A stretch of DNA of 33,989 nt from a virus (IMGVR_UViG_3300038608_000037:1-33989); one strand, 5' to 3'. Numbered from the stretch's first letter, positions 1 to 7,517 are shown. Made by a program: numbers and translations. The notes: generated by a model from the letters alone, not told the origin.

Positions 1-107
1 GTTAATAAAGTAAAACTAGTATTAGCCACAACTGCACCAACAACAAAATCAATACCATTAATATCTGTCTGAGCAGTATTACTTAATCTTACAATTGTAC
101 CAACCGA
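1..107. repeat. Terminal direct repeat, left copy (circular assembly overlap)
   Basis: 1-107 is identical to 33883-33989, and an ORF reads in frame across the junction. Confidence 0.95.
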
Positions 108-455
108 TATTCCTGCTGTACTTGCCGTTGAAACAACTGGTCTTGTAACGTTAGTAGATGCTGTAGTCGCCACCGCTGGTCCAATTGGACTTTGTGATGG
201 ATCATAAAGGGTAAATGCATTATTTACAGTTAAATCCGCACTAACTACGCCAGCAGTATTAACAAGCATTTGGCCAGTTCCGTTAGGAAATCCTCTTTGC
301 CAATAAAATTTAAATCCGTTACCAGCAGCACCAGCAGCAGATTGGGTATAGTTAGTTATTTCTAAAAAATCAACGCCGGAAGGAATAATGATCGTTTGCG
401 CAATAGCTGTAGCTGGCTGCGTAAATGTTCCTTGGCCTAAAATAGTACCGTCCAT
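1..455 (-). CDS. N-terminal part of a 354-aa putative virion structural protein spanning the circular junction (join 455..1, 33882..33273)
   Basis: ATG at 455 with AGGAG RBS (MDGTILGQGTFTQPATA...). Joined length is 1065 nt = 355 codons, in frame with ORF 33273..33911. Lies immediately downstream of the capsid gene. Confidence 0.8.
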   Translation of the reverse strand, partial: MDGTILGQGTFTQPATAIAQTIIIPSGVDFLEITNYTQSAAGAAGNGFKFYWQRGFPNGTGQMLVNTAGVVSADLTVNNAFTLYDPSQSPIGPAVATTASTNVTRPVVSTASTAGISVGTIVRLSNTAQTDINGIDFVVGAVVANTSFTLL

Positions 456-464
456 ATTCTCTCC

Positions 465-1704
465 TTAAACTGCTAAAGTGGCACGAAGATTTAGTACCCA
501 TAGATCATTAGTGATTCTTGGTACTTCTGCAAATTTATATCCTACTGAAGCATTAAGCGCTAATGGACCATCATATATAGGTGGTCTATATATAAATGAT
601 GCACTATAACCATCTTGTTCTATACATGCATATGCTTCCATACCCACACAGAATATGTTGTAAACATTATTTCCTAGTGAAGAAGCACTTGGAGATACAG
701 ACCCAATAGATGATATTAGGAATCTAAGATTACCAATTGCTCCCCACTCAGAACGCAATGCATTCATAGGTGCAGGATATTGGTTCTTTTGTGTAAATCC
801 AGCAACGTTATCCAAGTTTCCAGTTAACTGTGTAGAACATAATGCAAAATATGCATCACGAACTGGCGCAGTACCAAACTTATCTTCACCCTCAATGTTA
901 TCCATGATTGTGTAAGCATTATTGTTTAATAATGCACGCACAATAGTGTCAACATCTGAACGTGTTATTTCAGTCGGATTATCGCCGTTAACACCACCAG
1001 TACAGTTAATAAATGATGCTGTTGATGCCAACATATCACGCGTTAACTGATCTTCTGTTTGACGAAGCGAAACACCTAAACGTGCCGCACACTCATTTAA
1101 TCGTTCTGTTACTTTTATGACCTATTACTAGGCGGGAAAACCTCTTCGGATCTTCCTCTCTATGTCTCCATAGAGTTCAGACTATCGCATCACCTTACGG
1201 CGCCCTTGGGTTTAGTCGTTCAGGGTGACAAAATATATATTTAATAAATAAAATTGGTGAATAATATTTTTATCTTCCCCCTTGTCACGCTCGCCTTATA
1301 CGTTAGCGCTTCCAAGTCAATTACCAAAGGTTTTAATCCCGCATTAAACTTTACGGGATCCTGATTTTGTAACGTCACTTGTTCATTTATTTGGACGTAG
1401 GTCAATTTTACAAAATCAGTCATACGGCACCCTAATTTATACCGTAAAATGAGATTTTCGCATCTATGTCTACCGCGGTTAGATTTTGAGGCGGAGGGGT
1501 AACACCACTATTTCCAAGTGGAACCATGGCTGTATTTAACGGATTATACCTACGCATACGAAGAGTAGTACCACCATTACGGGGCATATTCTTTTTCATC
1601 GCCGGTATTTTATGGATCATATTTGGTACTGGTACCGAGAGTAATTTATAGCTGAACGATTGCTGCACTGGAGCAGGAAGCGTCGATGTAGTCGTAATAG
1701 ACAT
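465..1704 (-). CDS. Major capsid protein, N4-gp56-like, 3 exons: 1704-1441, 1402-1353, 1101-465 (316 aa spliced)
   Basis: Exons join in frame (264+50+637=951 nt): ...DIDAKISFYG|TYVQINEQVTLQNQDPV|LNECAARLGVSLRQTEDQLTRDML... Motifs MPRNGGTTLRMRRYNPL, SEWGAIGNLRF and DGPLALNASVGYKF resemble N4-gp56-type capsids. AAGGAG RBS. Confidence 0.88.
1102..1352 (-). ncRNA. Group I self-splicing intron (251 nt, no homing endonuclease ORF)
   Basis: P1 AUCCCGU|A with UGCGGGAU (U-G at splice site). P10 UUUAAU with 3' exon AUUAAA. P3 CCUUUGG/CCCAAGG, P5 GCGCU/AGCGU, P7 ACGACUA/UAGUCU, P8 CGCC-GUAA-GGUG, P9 CUCUAUG-GAGA-CAUAGAG. Terminal G at 1102. Removal restores the capsid frame. Confidence 0.92.
1403..1440 (-). 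other. 38-nt core-less group-I-like mini-intron in the capsid gene
   Basis: Follows a U and ends in G. P1 UACGGU|A with UGCCGUA (U-G at the junction). UAGG can pair with 3' exon CCUA. Contains in-frame stops, and precise removal restores the frame. Confidence 0.7.
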
Positions 1705-1741
1705 ACAGCTCCTTAAGCTTATAGTTGTTTAACTTTAACTT

Positions 1742-1823
1742 AAGTTGACGAGACTTGTTTATACGTCATGAGGTGGCGATGCTCATTATACGCCGAAAAG
1801 GGAGCGAACCTTTGATAAACGCT
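1742..1823 (-). promoter_or_regulatory. Structured capsid 5' leader with three tandem pseudoknot-like units
   Basis: AGCG..AAAGG-uuCGCUc-CCUUU; GGCG..AUGAG-cauCGCCac-CUCAU; UGACG..AAGU-cuCGUCA-ACUU. Both helices covary across the units. Confidence 0.55.
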
Positions 1824-1829
1824 TATATA

Positions 1830-1859
1830 AGTATAATAAGAAAACTAAAAATAGATCAA
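1830..1859 (-). promoter_or_regulatory. Putative sigma70-like promoter of the capsid operon
   Basis: TTGATC-18 nt-TATACT just upstream of the structured leader. Confidence 0.45.
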
Positions 1860-1861
1860 AT

Positions 1862-2119
1862 TTATAATTTATTGGGCAATATAATTTCTTTATAAGGAAG
1901 CCACCATCTAATTATGTAAGCACTTTCTCTATTTTCTTTACCATATCTTGGCGATTCATCCTTAAATACGCAGTCAATTAAAAAATATTCTTCAAGTTCA
2001 TTTCTATTACTAAAACTTTCTTCCACAACAAATCTTGCTGACCACAAAATTCCATCTCTATATATTAGAACTCGTTCATTAATTGATGGTTTTTCTTTAT
2101 AAATATCAATCCATTTCAT
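1862..2119 (-). CDS. DUF551-like small phage protein
   Basis: MKWIDIYKEKP...VLI...IRWW.P pattern typical of DUF551. Confidence 0.65.
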   Translation of the reverse strand: MKWIDIYKEKPSINERVLIYRDGILWSARFVVEESFSNRNELEEYFLIDCVFKDESPRYGKENRESAYIIRWWLPYKEIILPNKL

Positions 2120-2121
2120 AT

Positions 2122-2757
2122 TTATTTTTCACAATGTTCAGAGCACCGCATCTCTGGTTTGCAATTCTTTTCGCACGACAAACAATATTCATTTTTAATC
2201 CAATCACACATTGCTGTCTTACACTTCAAGAAACATTCAGAGTTTTCTCGCTTGCTACGTTCAGGCTGATTATTTCCCAAATGTTCAGAGCACCGTATCT
2301 TAGTTATTGCAATATATTCTGTTAACTCATCAAGTAAATCATCATAATCATTGCGGTATTGACCACAATCTATATTTTCTTCTATAACAACCTGTCTGAG
2401 ATGTTCTAACTTTTCTATTTTTTTACAACATTCAAAGTTTTCTTGTTTTCTACATTCAGACTGATTGTTTTCTATACAAAAAGGAATAAATCGTTTCATT
2501 GTTAGACAATCGCAATCTTTATTATGAAGTTCGAATTTATCGGTTCTTTTTTTTCTCTCAATAAAATGGTTTTCATATACAAAATCCAATAAATCATCGA
2601 AGCAGGATCTTACGCAATAGTTATGACTTAAATATTGTCTATCGCAATTAAATAGATGTGGACTTGTATGATCAACATAACAACAAGAATTATTATCTTC
2701 GGAATTATAAAATGCGCACTCAAAATGGGCTTTACATGCCTTACAAATAATCATCAT
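2122..2757 (-). CDS. Cys-rich hypothetical protein with internal repeats resembling group I intron core sequence
   Basis: 211-aa ORF coupled to its neighbours. Repeats NNQ[SP]E..K.EN.EC and RCSEH. Confidence 0.6.
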   Translation of the reverse strand: MMIICKACKAHFECAFYNSEDNNSCCYVDHTSPHLFNCDRQYLSHNYCVRSCFDDLLDFVYENHFIERKKRTDKFELHNKDCDCLTMKRFIPFCIENNQSECRKQENFECCKKIEKLEHLRQVVIEENIDCGQYRNDYDDLLDELTEYIAITKIRCSEHLGNNQPERSKRENSECFLKCKTAMCDWIKNEYCLSCEKNCKPEMRCSEHCEK

Positions 2758-3005
2758 TATAATTTATTAGGTAATATAATTTCTTTATAAGGGAGCGGTA
2801 TCTCTGATAATTCCATGTAAAACAATATTTGATCGTTTGTAATATCATATTTCTGAATATTATCAATTATTATATCTGGATAATCACTATCCCATTTATA
2901 ATTACCTTTATATTGAGAAATTCCTATTCCATCACCCCATTCGCAATAAATAAGATAATAATGATATTTTTTAGGTTCTTTTTCTTTTATAGATATCCAT
3001 CTCAT
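2757..3005 (-). CDS. DUF551-like small phage protein
   Basis: MRWISIKEKEP start. C-terminal LPYKEIILPNKL is identical to that of ORF 1862-2119. Confidence 0.65.
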   Translation of the reverse strand: MRWISIKEKEPKKYHYYLIYCEWGDGIGISQYKGNYKWDSDYPDIIIDNIQKYDITNDQILFYMELSEIPLPYKEIILPNKL

Positions 3006-3116
3006 AATTTATATCCTTATCCTTATTTACTGATTTACATACATTACACATTATTATTAAATTCTTCATAATCTTGCTATTCACTTCCTGTTACTACTTA
3101 TATACCTAATAAAATA

Positions 3117-3148
3117 AATAAAAAGCACATGTGATATCACGCGTGCTT
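3117..3148 (-). terminator. Putative intrinsic terminator
   Basis: AAGCACGCGUGA-UA-UCACAUGUGCUU hairpin followed by U residues, downstream of ORF 3172-3543. Confidence 0.55.
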
Positions 3149-3171
3149 CAGTCCCATAAATAGTAAGGGGA

Positions 3172-3543
3172 TTAGAACATTTTTATAATGTTTAAAATTG
3201 TATTCTTAATAACTATGGAATCGCTCATTACTCCACTCACAATTTCCACCTGGACACTTATCTTATCGCCTTCTTTAAAATTTGCAATAATAGAAAATGA
3301 TGTAGGAAATATTATCGATTTAGAATGATCAATTGGTGATGTAGTTTGCGCTACCGCTCCTGGGATAGGATTATCATTACAAAAAAGCATGTAAGTAACG
3401 ATCATATCTTTTGGTATTTGGGATGATGAGTTAAATATAATTAAATAGGCGCCATCAGTAGGAATATTATAATTTGTGTTTTGTAAGAATGTGGTGCCGG
3501 TAGCAATCTGTGAGCTACCTACAACTGATGCATAATTATTCAT
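3172..3543 (-). CDS. Hypothetical beta-rich protein (weak BclA-C/C1q-like appearance)
   Basis: IPTDGAYLIIF and FKEGDKISVQV patterns. Coupled to the upstream ORF. Confidence 0.5.
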   Translation of the reverse strand: MNNYASVVGSSQIATGTTFLQNTNYNIPTDGAYLIIFNSSSQIPKDMIVTYMLFCNDNPIPGAVAQTTSPIDHSKSIIFPTSFSIIANFKEGDKISVQVEIVSGVMSDSIVIKNTILNIIKMF

Positions 3544-3792
3544 TTATTCCTTTGGAGTATCTGGTAAATAAGACCAATATTCTATTTTATCTAAATATAA
3601 ACCCGAGCCACAATCTGAATATGGCGTTTCTATGAAATTAGAATTAGTACCAATAAATTCCCATTTTCTTGTATTACCACATGTATATCGAGCAAATTGC
3701 ATTGTATAGCGATATGCTACTTCGCCTTTTCCGGAAACTAAAACCCAATCACAACTTTCTGGCAATTTATCTTTTATTGATATCCATTTCAT
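3544..3792 (-). CDS. DUF551-like small phage protein
   Basis: MKWISIKDKLP...VLV...IEYWSYLPDTP. Confidence 0.75.
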   Translation of the reverse strand: MKWISIKDKLPESCDWVLVSGKGEVAYRYTMQFARYTCGNTRKWEFIGTNSNFIETPYSDCGSGLYLDKIEYWSYLPDTPKE

Positions 3793-4098
3793 TTATTCCT
3801 CAAATTTTTTACATATATCTGGCGTATAAGGTAAATAAGACCAGTATTCTATATCTTCTAAATGCAACCAATTGCCAATACTTTTTGCATCTAAAACTGA
3901 AGTTTGGTCATCGGCAACAAAACAAAATTTATTATCATTTCTTTCGATGAAAGCTATTTGAATAACATAATCACCAAGATTACCTTTTCCCGAAACCAAT
4001 ACCGCTCCATCATCAAAATCTGGCATTTGATCATTTACAGATATCCATTTAACGTTATCACATATTCCAATTTTGATATTACCTATTTCTTCTGGCAA
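3793..4098 (-). CDS. DUF551-like small phage protein (paralog of 3544-3792)
   Basis: KWISVNDQMP...VLVSGKG...IEYWSYLPYTP. Confidence 0.7.
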   Translation of the reverse strand: MPEEIGNIKIGICDNVKWISVNDQMPDFDDGAVLVSGKGNLGDYVIQIAFIERNDNKFCFVADDQTSVLDAKSIGNWLHLEDIEYWSYLPYTPDICKKFEE

Positions 4099-4798
4099 GT
4101 TCCATTTCCTTTCTAAGCTGTTCTTTTAAATCTTCAGTCAAACCATTAGCAAAAGCATTAGCTCTTTCCAATGGCGAACCACCTTGTTGTGGAGATACGC
4201 TTGTTAATGGTCTAGGCTTTGATACATTTCTTTGTACAGCCATTTTATCTTCATCATACGAATCATCGGGGCCAAGTCTTAATTCTTTGATAAGGGTATA
4301 TGCAGATACTGCTTTATTATACAAGTCTTGTGTGGAGTTTATCGTAGCCCAAATTTCTGGATATGATTTGCGCAATACTTCCACATTATCATGTGATACT
4401 ATCTTATCAAAATCATTGTATTTAGCTTTTAATTTAGCCTCAGTTACACTTTCATGGGATTGTTGTTGATAACTACGCAATTGATCTTCAAGCTTCTTAA
4501 TTTTATTATTTACACGGCTAATATGCTTGCCTTCAGCAATAGCATCTGGATCAAGACTAAACTCTTCATCATCAACAGTATTGTTATTATTGTTAATGGT
4601 GGTTTTAGCCTCAATATTTTTAATATAATTAAGGGCCTCATCTCGTTCGCGTTGTATCCTTTCCATTTTTTGTCGTAGTTCCCTAAAATGTTTTTGTTGG
4701 CCGGTTTCTTGTTTCTGTACTACTTCTTCATTACTATTATCAATCTCTTGCTGTGTAGTATCTTCTATATATTGATTTTCTTGATCATCGAACATCAT
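4079..4798 (-). CDS. Putative capsid scaffolding protein
   Basis: Acidic N-terminus, coiled-coil middle and short C-terminal helix. Lies between portal and capsid. AGGAG RBS. Confidence 0.55.
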   Translation of the reverse strand: MMFDDQENQYIEDTTQQEIDNSNEEVVQKQETGQQKHFRELRQKMERIQRERDEALNYIKNIEAKTTINNNNNTVDDEEFSLDPDAIAEGKHISRVNNKIKKLEDQLRSYQQQSHESVTEAKLKAKYNDFDKIVSHDNVEVLRKSYPEIWATINSTQDLYNKAVSAYTLIKELRLGPDDSYDEDKMAVQRNVSKPRPLTSVSPQQGGSPLERANAFANGLTEDLKEQLRKEMELARRNR

Positions 4799-4809
4799 AT
4801 ACTCCTAAT

Positions 4810-5028
4810 TTATTCATCTAAATAATGATATTGTGTTTTTTTAATGTAATTTAATAATGCGCGAGTAAGTCTGCTCAAACAACTGTTTAACTTTCCATTT
4901 GCACTTACATAATTTCTTAAACATAGGGTATAATTATATCCTTCTTCAATGCGCAAATTTTCTTTAAATTCTTCCTTAAATATTCTACGCAATTCTAACT
5001 CACAACTTTGACAAAAATTTTTTTCCAT
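4810..5028 (-). CDS. Hypothetical protein
   Basis: 72-aa ORF in operon, with CxxC. Confidence 0.5.
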   Translation of the reverse strand: MEKNFCQSCELELRRIFKEEFKENLRIEEGYNYTLCLRNYVSANGKLNSCLSRLTRALLNYIKKTQYHYLDE

Positions 5029-5038
5029 AATTTCAATG

Positions 5039-5437
5039 TTAAGTTATTTTGGGGCAATTCCTTTTACACTTATTATAAAATTTGAAGTTACTACATGATT
5101 GATTGTCATTATTCTGATGACAATTAGAGTGATTTGATAAACTGCATTTATTAATATTTATTTCATTATTATTGCAATACTCACATGATTGTTCTCTATC
5201 AATCTCTATTACTTCTAAACCCGAAGTCCTGCGAAGATAATCAAACTTATCAAACTTATCTTGAGATATTTTTATTGGTCCTAATTGTGCAGGATTAAAA
5301 CAGGCATATAAAGACTTATCTTCCGGATTAAATTGTGCAATACAAATTCGACCATTCCATCGTGCCAAAAAAATATCTCCGCCACCGAGAATTAATAAAT
5401 CATTAATATTATTAATTTTTTTCCAAGTACTATCCAT
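5039..5437 (-). CDS. Hypothetical protein, Cys/Asn-rich C-terminus
   Basis: 132-aa ORF overlapping the upstream stop (TAATG). Confidence 0.55.
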   Translation of the reverse strand: MDSTWKKINNINDLLILGGGDIFLARWNGRICIAQFNPEDKSLYACFNPAQLGPIKISQDKFDKFDYLRRTSGLEVIEIDREQSCEYCNNNEININKCSLSNHSNCHQNNDNQSCSNFKFYNKCKRNCPKIT

Positions 5438-5925
5438 TATATTCCCAATATTTTGCTATTTAATTCGGCATTCAGCTCGCCATTCATTTGCTTTGCTTTA
5501 ATATCCAAATCGCCATTAGTAAATTGTAACACAAAATTAAGCAGTTCGCGTTCTTCAGGCGCAATAGTAAGTGCATTTAAAACAAAATATTCACACGTTT
5601 CTTTTGATGGGACTACCCATAAAAATTCAATACGATCTTCTTTTCTATGATATTTATAAACCGCTTCATCATACTGCGATGTGGGGCAAGAATGCCTTGA
5701 TAAAAAATAATGCCTCAACACATTAGGCATAAGTTTTTCTTTTTTTGTTATGACGATGACATAAAAATCAAACATATACTCTTTTTTACCAATCTCAATG
5801 CATTCATATATATTTTTATCATACTCAGAAAGATTTTCTTGCATTTGATCAGTAGCTGAATGATTTTCATCGCCACTTTTAATTATAAGATCGCGCGATA
5901 TTTTACCTACAGTATCTTTTATCAT
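5437..5925 (-). CDS. Hypothetical phage protein
   Basis: 162-aa ORF with ATGA overlap with the upstream gene. Confidence 0.7.
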   Translation of the reverse strand: MIKDTVGKISRDLIIKSGDENHSATDQMQENLSEYDKNIYECIEIGKKEYMFDFYVIVITKKEKLMPNVLRHYFLSRHSCPTSQYDEAVYKYHRKEDRIEFLWVVPSKETCEYFVLNALTIAPEERELLNFVLQFTNGDLDIKAKQMNGELNAELNSKILGI

Positions 5926-6254
5926 GCCTTTTCTCCATCATTCCATAGCTTAAGTTCAAACTCTACGCCAGGATTAATCTTTTCAGCAAACTTAATTAAT
6001 ATCTGCCGCACCAAGTTATCTTTTAACTTCATATCAACGAGGGTGCATAAATAGGTAGTAACTCCATCCTCTAGTATGCACCCAGGATAAAGGATAACCA
6101 ATTTCTGTTTGTGAATCTCTGCTGGCAAATTAGCTATTTTTATAGTGTTGTCTAATATACAAGAAATATAAATGGTAATTGGATTGTTATGATCAATTAC
6201 GTCTGGAAAAGTGACACTTAAATCTGATATTCTATTTTGTAATTTTTTTTTCAT
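5922..6254 (-). CDS. Hypothetical protein
   Basis: 110-aa ORF with AGGGG RBS. Confidence 0.6.
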   Translation of the reverse strand: MKKKLQNRISDLSVTFPDVIDHNNPITIYISCILDNTIKIANLPAEIHKQKLVILYPGCILEDGVTTYLCTLVDMKLKDNLVRQILIKFAEKINPGVEFELKLWNDGEKA

Positions 6255-6340
6255 ATACTTCCCCTTTAGAAATTTCTTACATATTAGTATATTTCAAAAA
6301 ATTAAGAAACTTTTAAATGGTACATGAAAGATAATAACTT

Positions 6341-6448
6341 TCCCAGAAGGTGTTGGCCTTCATCTTCGTTCGTTTTTAAAATGTGAATTCTTGAAATAAT
6401 AGTTATTTTAAGATTACTATTTTACGACGCCTTATTTAGACCATAGGA
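6341..6448 (-). ncRNA. tRNA-like cloverleaf, copy 2 (expanded anticodon arm)
   Basis: UCCUA/UGGGA closing stem, GUCU-AAAUA-AGGC D-like arm, UCGU..ACGA stem, AGAU linker, GAAGG-CCAACA-CCUUC T-like arm. Confidence 0.45.
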
Positions 6449-6461
6449 TTAATATTTTATT

Positions 6462-6552
6462 CCCCAGAAGGTCTTTCACCTTCATCTTTGCCCGCAGTTA
6501 ATCATTATGGTTTAAGATAATAATAAAGCACTGTCTTTCTTAGACGATGGGG
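6462..6552 (-). ncRNA. tRNA-like cloverleaf, copy 1 (expanded anticodon arm)
   Basis: CCCCA/UGGGG closing stem, GUCU-AAGAA-AGAC D-like arm, UGCU..GGCA stem, AGAU linker, GAAGG-UGAAAGA-CCUUC T-like arm. Confidence 0.5.
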
Positions 6553-6566
6553 TCAATAGGGGTATG

Positions 6567-6734
6567 CTATTTCTTTTTTTTACGTTTTTCTTCACTAATT
6601 CCTATAGCAATTGCTTGTTTAGGATTAGTTACTTTCTGTCCCGAGCCGCTTTTAAGTTTTCCTTCCTTAAATTCGCGCATCACAACAGCTACTTTATTTT
6701 TTAACTTTTTCTTTTTTAGTTTTTTTCTTTTCAT
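6567..6734 (-). CDS. Small basic DUF6496-like protein (55 aa, not in the ORF track)
   Basis: MKRKKLKKKKLKNKVAVVMREFKEGKLKSGSGQKVTNPKQAIAIGISEEKRKKKK. The MREFKEGKL.SGS..KV.NPKQAIAI motif is characteristic of DUF6496. Confidence 0.75.
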   Translation of the reverse strand: MKRKKLKKKKLKNKVAVVMREFKEGKLKSGSGQKVTNPKQAIAIGISEEKRKKKK

Positions 6735-7020
6735 ATGATACTCCTAAATCGGGAAATTTTCTATGAACAGCTGCACGAATTCCTGACGGATTAGGTGCAT
6801 TATGTGCGTAGGCTAATGCAGCCTTTGCGCGCTTTCGAGTGTTGATTGGATAGCTAAATTTTGAAGCGCCGCCAGCAGCGCCCGCAAATTCTTTTGGGGA
6901 TACTGATTTATATTTTCCTGCGTTAGAACTTCCTTTTTTCTTACGCATTTTTTCTTCATTACCACGCTCAACTTTTACACCTTTAGCAACCGTAACTTTT
7001 TTTGGTTTAATCTTAGCCAT
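6694..7020 (-). CDS. Small Lys-rich basic protein
   Basis: 108 aa, very basic, with FSYPINTRKRAKAALAYA motif. Confidence 0.7.
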   Translation of the reverse strand: MAKIKPKKVTVAKGVKVERGNEEKMRKKKGSSNAGKYKSVSPKEFAGAAGGASKFSYPINTRKRAKAALAYAHNAPNPSGIRAAVHRKFPDLGVSYEKKKTKKEKVKK

Positions 7021-7031
7021 ACTTATTCTCG

Positions 7032-7469
7032 TTATAGTAAAGTATCGTTATCATCGCTAAAAAATCTACCGCCGTGCTCTAAATCATCAAGGTACTGAGT
7101 GCTATAGTATCCTGCTTTTGGATATTCTCTGTGAATAGCTCTCGGAGAAAGATTAGCTATTGCATTATGATCTTCTTGTATCATGCCAGCATCTGCTACT
7201 TCTTGGCGTCTGCGCGGATCTATTCCAGCATAAAATTCACTTTCAGCTGATCTAATTCTATCTAAAGATCGCTGATCTCTATCTTGCTCATTGCGATACA
7301 TTTGATCATAGACATCGCGTATTTCGCGTCTTTTTATAGGCCTATCTTCTGCAGTATAGTTTGGTGAATAATCGTAGGGCATATTGGATTGCCGAGCAGC
7401 AGTTCCGATTCCTTCGCCGCGATTTCTCAAAGGCCCTTTAAATCCTGTAGATTTCTTTCTAGCCATCAT
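7032..7469 (-). CDS. Hypothetical protein, paralog of 7669-8127
   Basis: Shares YAG..PRR.QE..DAGMI.EDH.AIANL...R.YPK with 7669-8127. Confidence 0.75.
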   Translation of the reverse strand: MMARKKSTGFKGPLRNRGEGIGTAARQSNMPYDYSPNYTAEDRPIKRREIRDVYDQMYRNEQDRDQRSLDRIRSAESEFYAGIDPRRRQEVADAGMIQEDHNAIANLSPRAIHREYPKAGYYSTQYLDDLEHGGRFFSDDNDTLL

Positions 7470-7482
7470 TTTCCTTTAACTT

Positions 7483-7512
7483 AAAAAAGGGGCAGATTTC
7501 TCTGCGCCCCCT
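7483..7512 (-). terminator. Putative intrinsic terminator
   Basis: GGGG(GC)GCAGA-GAAA-UCUGCCCC followed by a U tract. Confidence 0.6.
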
Positions 7513-7517
7513 CTAAT

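Noticed and set aside
1-107. Biological direct terminal repeat of the virion DNA
   Set aside because: It falls in the middle of a gene that reads through the junction, so an assembler overlap is the simpler explanation.
1403-1440. Stop-codon recoding or T4 gene 60-type ribosomal bypass
   Set aside because: Readthrough of TAG meets TGA four codons later, 38 is not a multiple of 3, and TAG ends other genes normally. There is no matched landing codon before ACC.
465-1704. Three independent genes or a capsid pseudogene (track ORFs 465-1034, 1241-1423, 1432-1704)
   Set aside because: Precise splice signals restore one 316-aa frame, and the tail of ORF 1241-1423 is translated intron sequence.
1742-1823. 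CRISPR mini-array
   Set aside because: Units are not identical repeats separated by spacers. No CRISPR array or cas gene was seen in the window.
6341-6552. Canonical tRNA genes
   Set aside because: 5-bp acceptor, no TTC loop, no 7-nt anticodon loop and no CCA. Kept only as tRNA-like.
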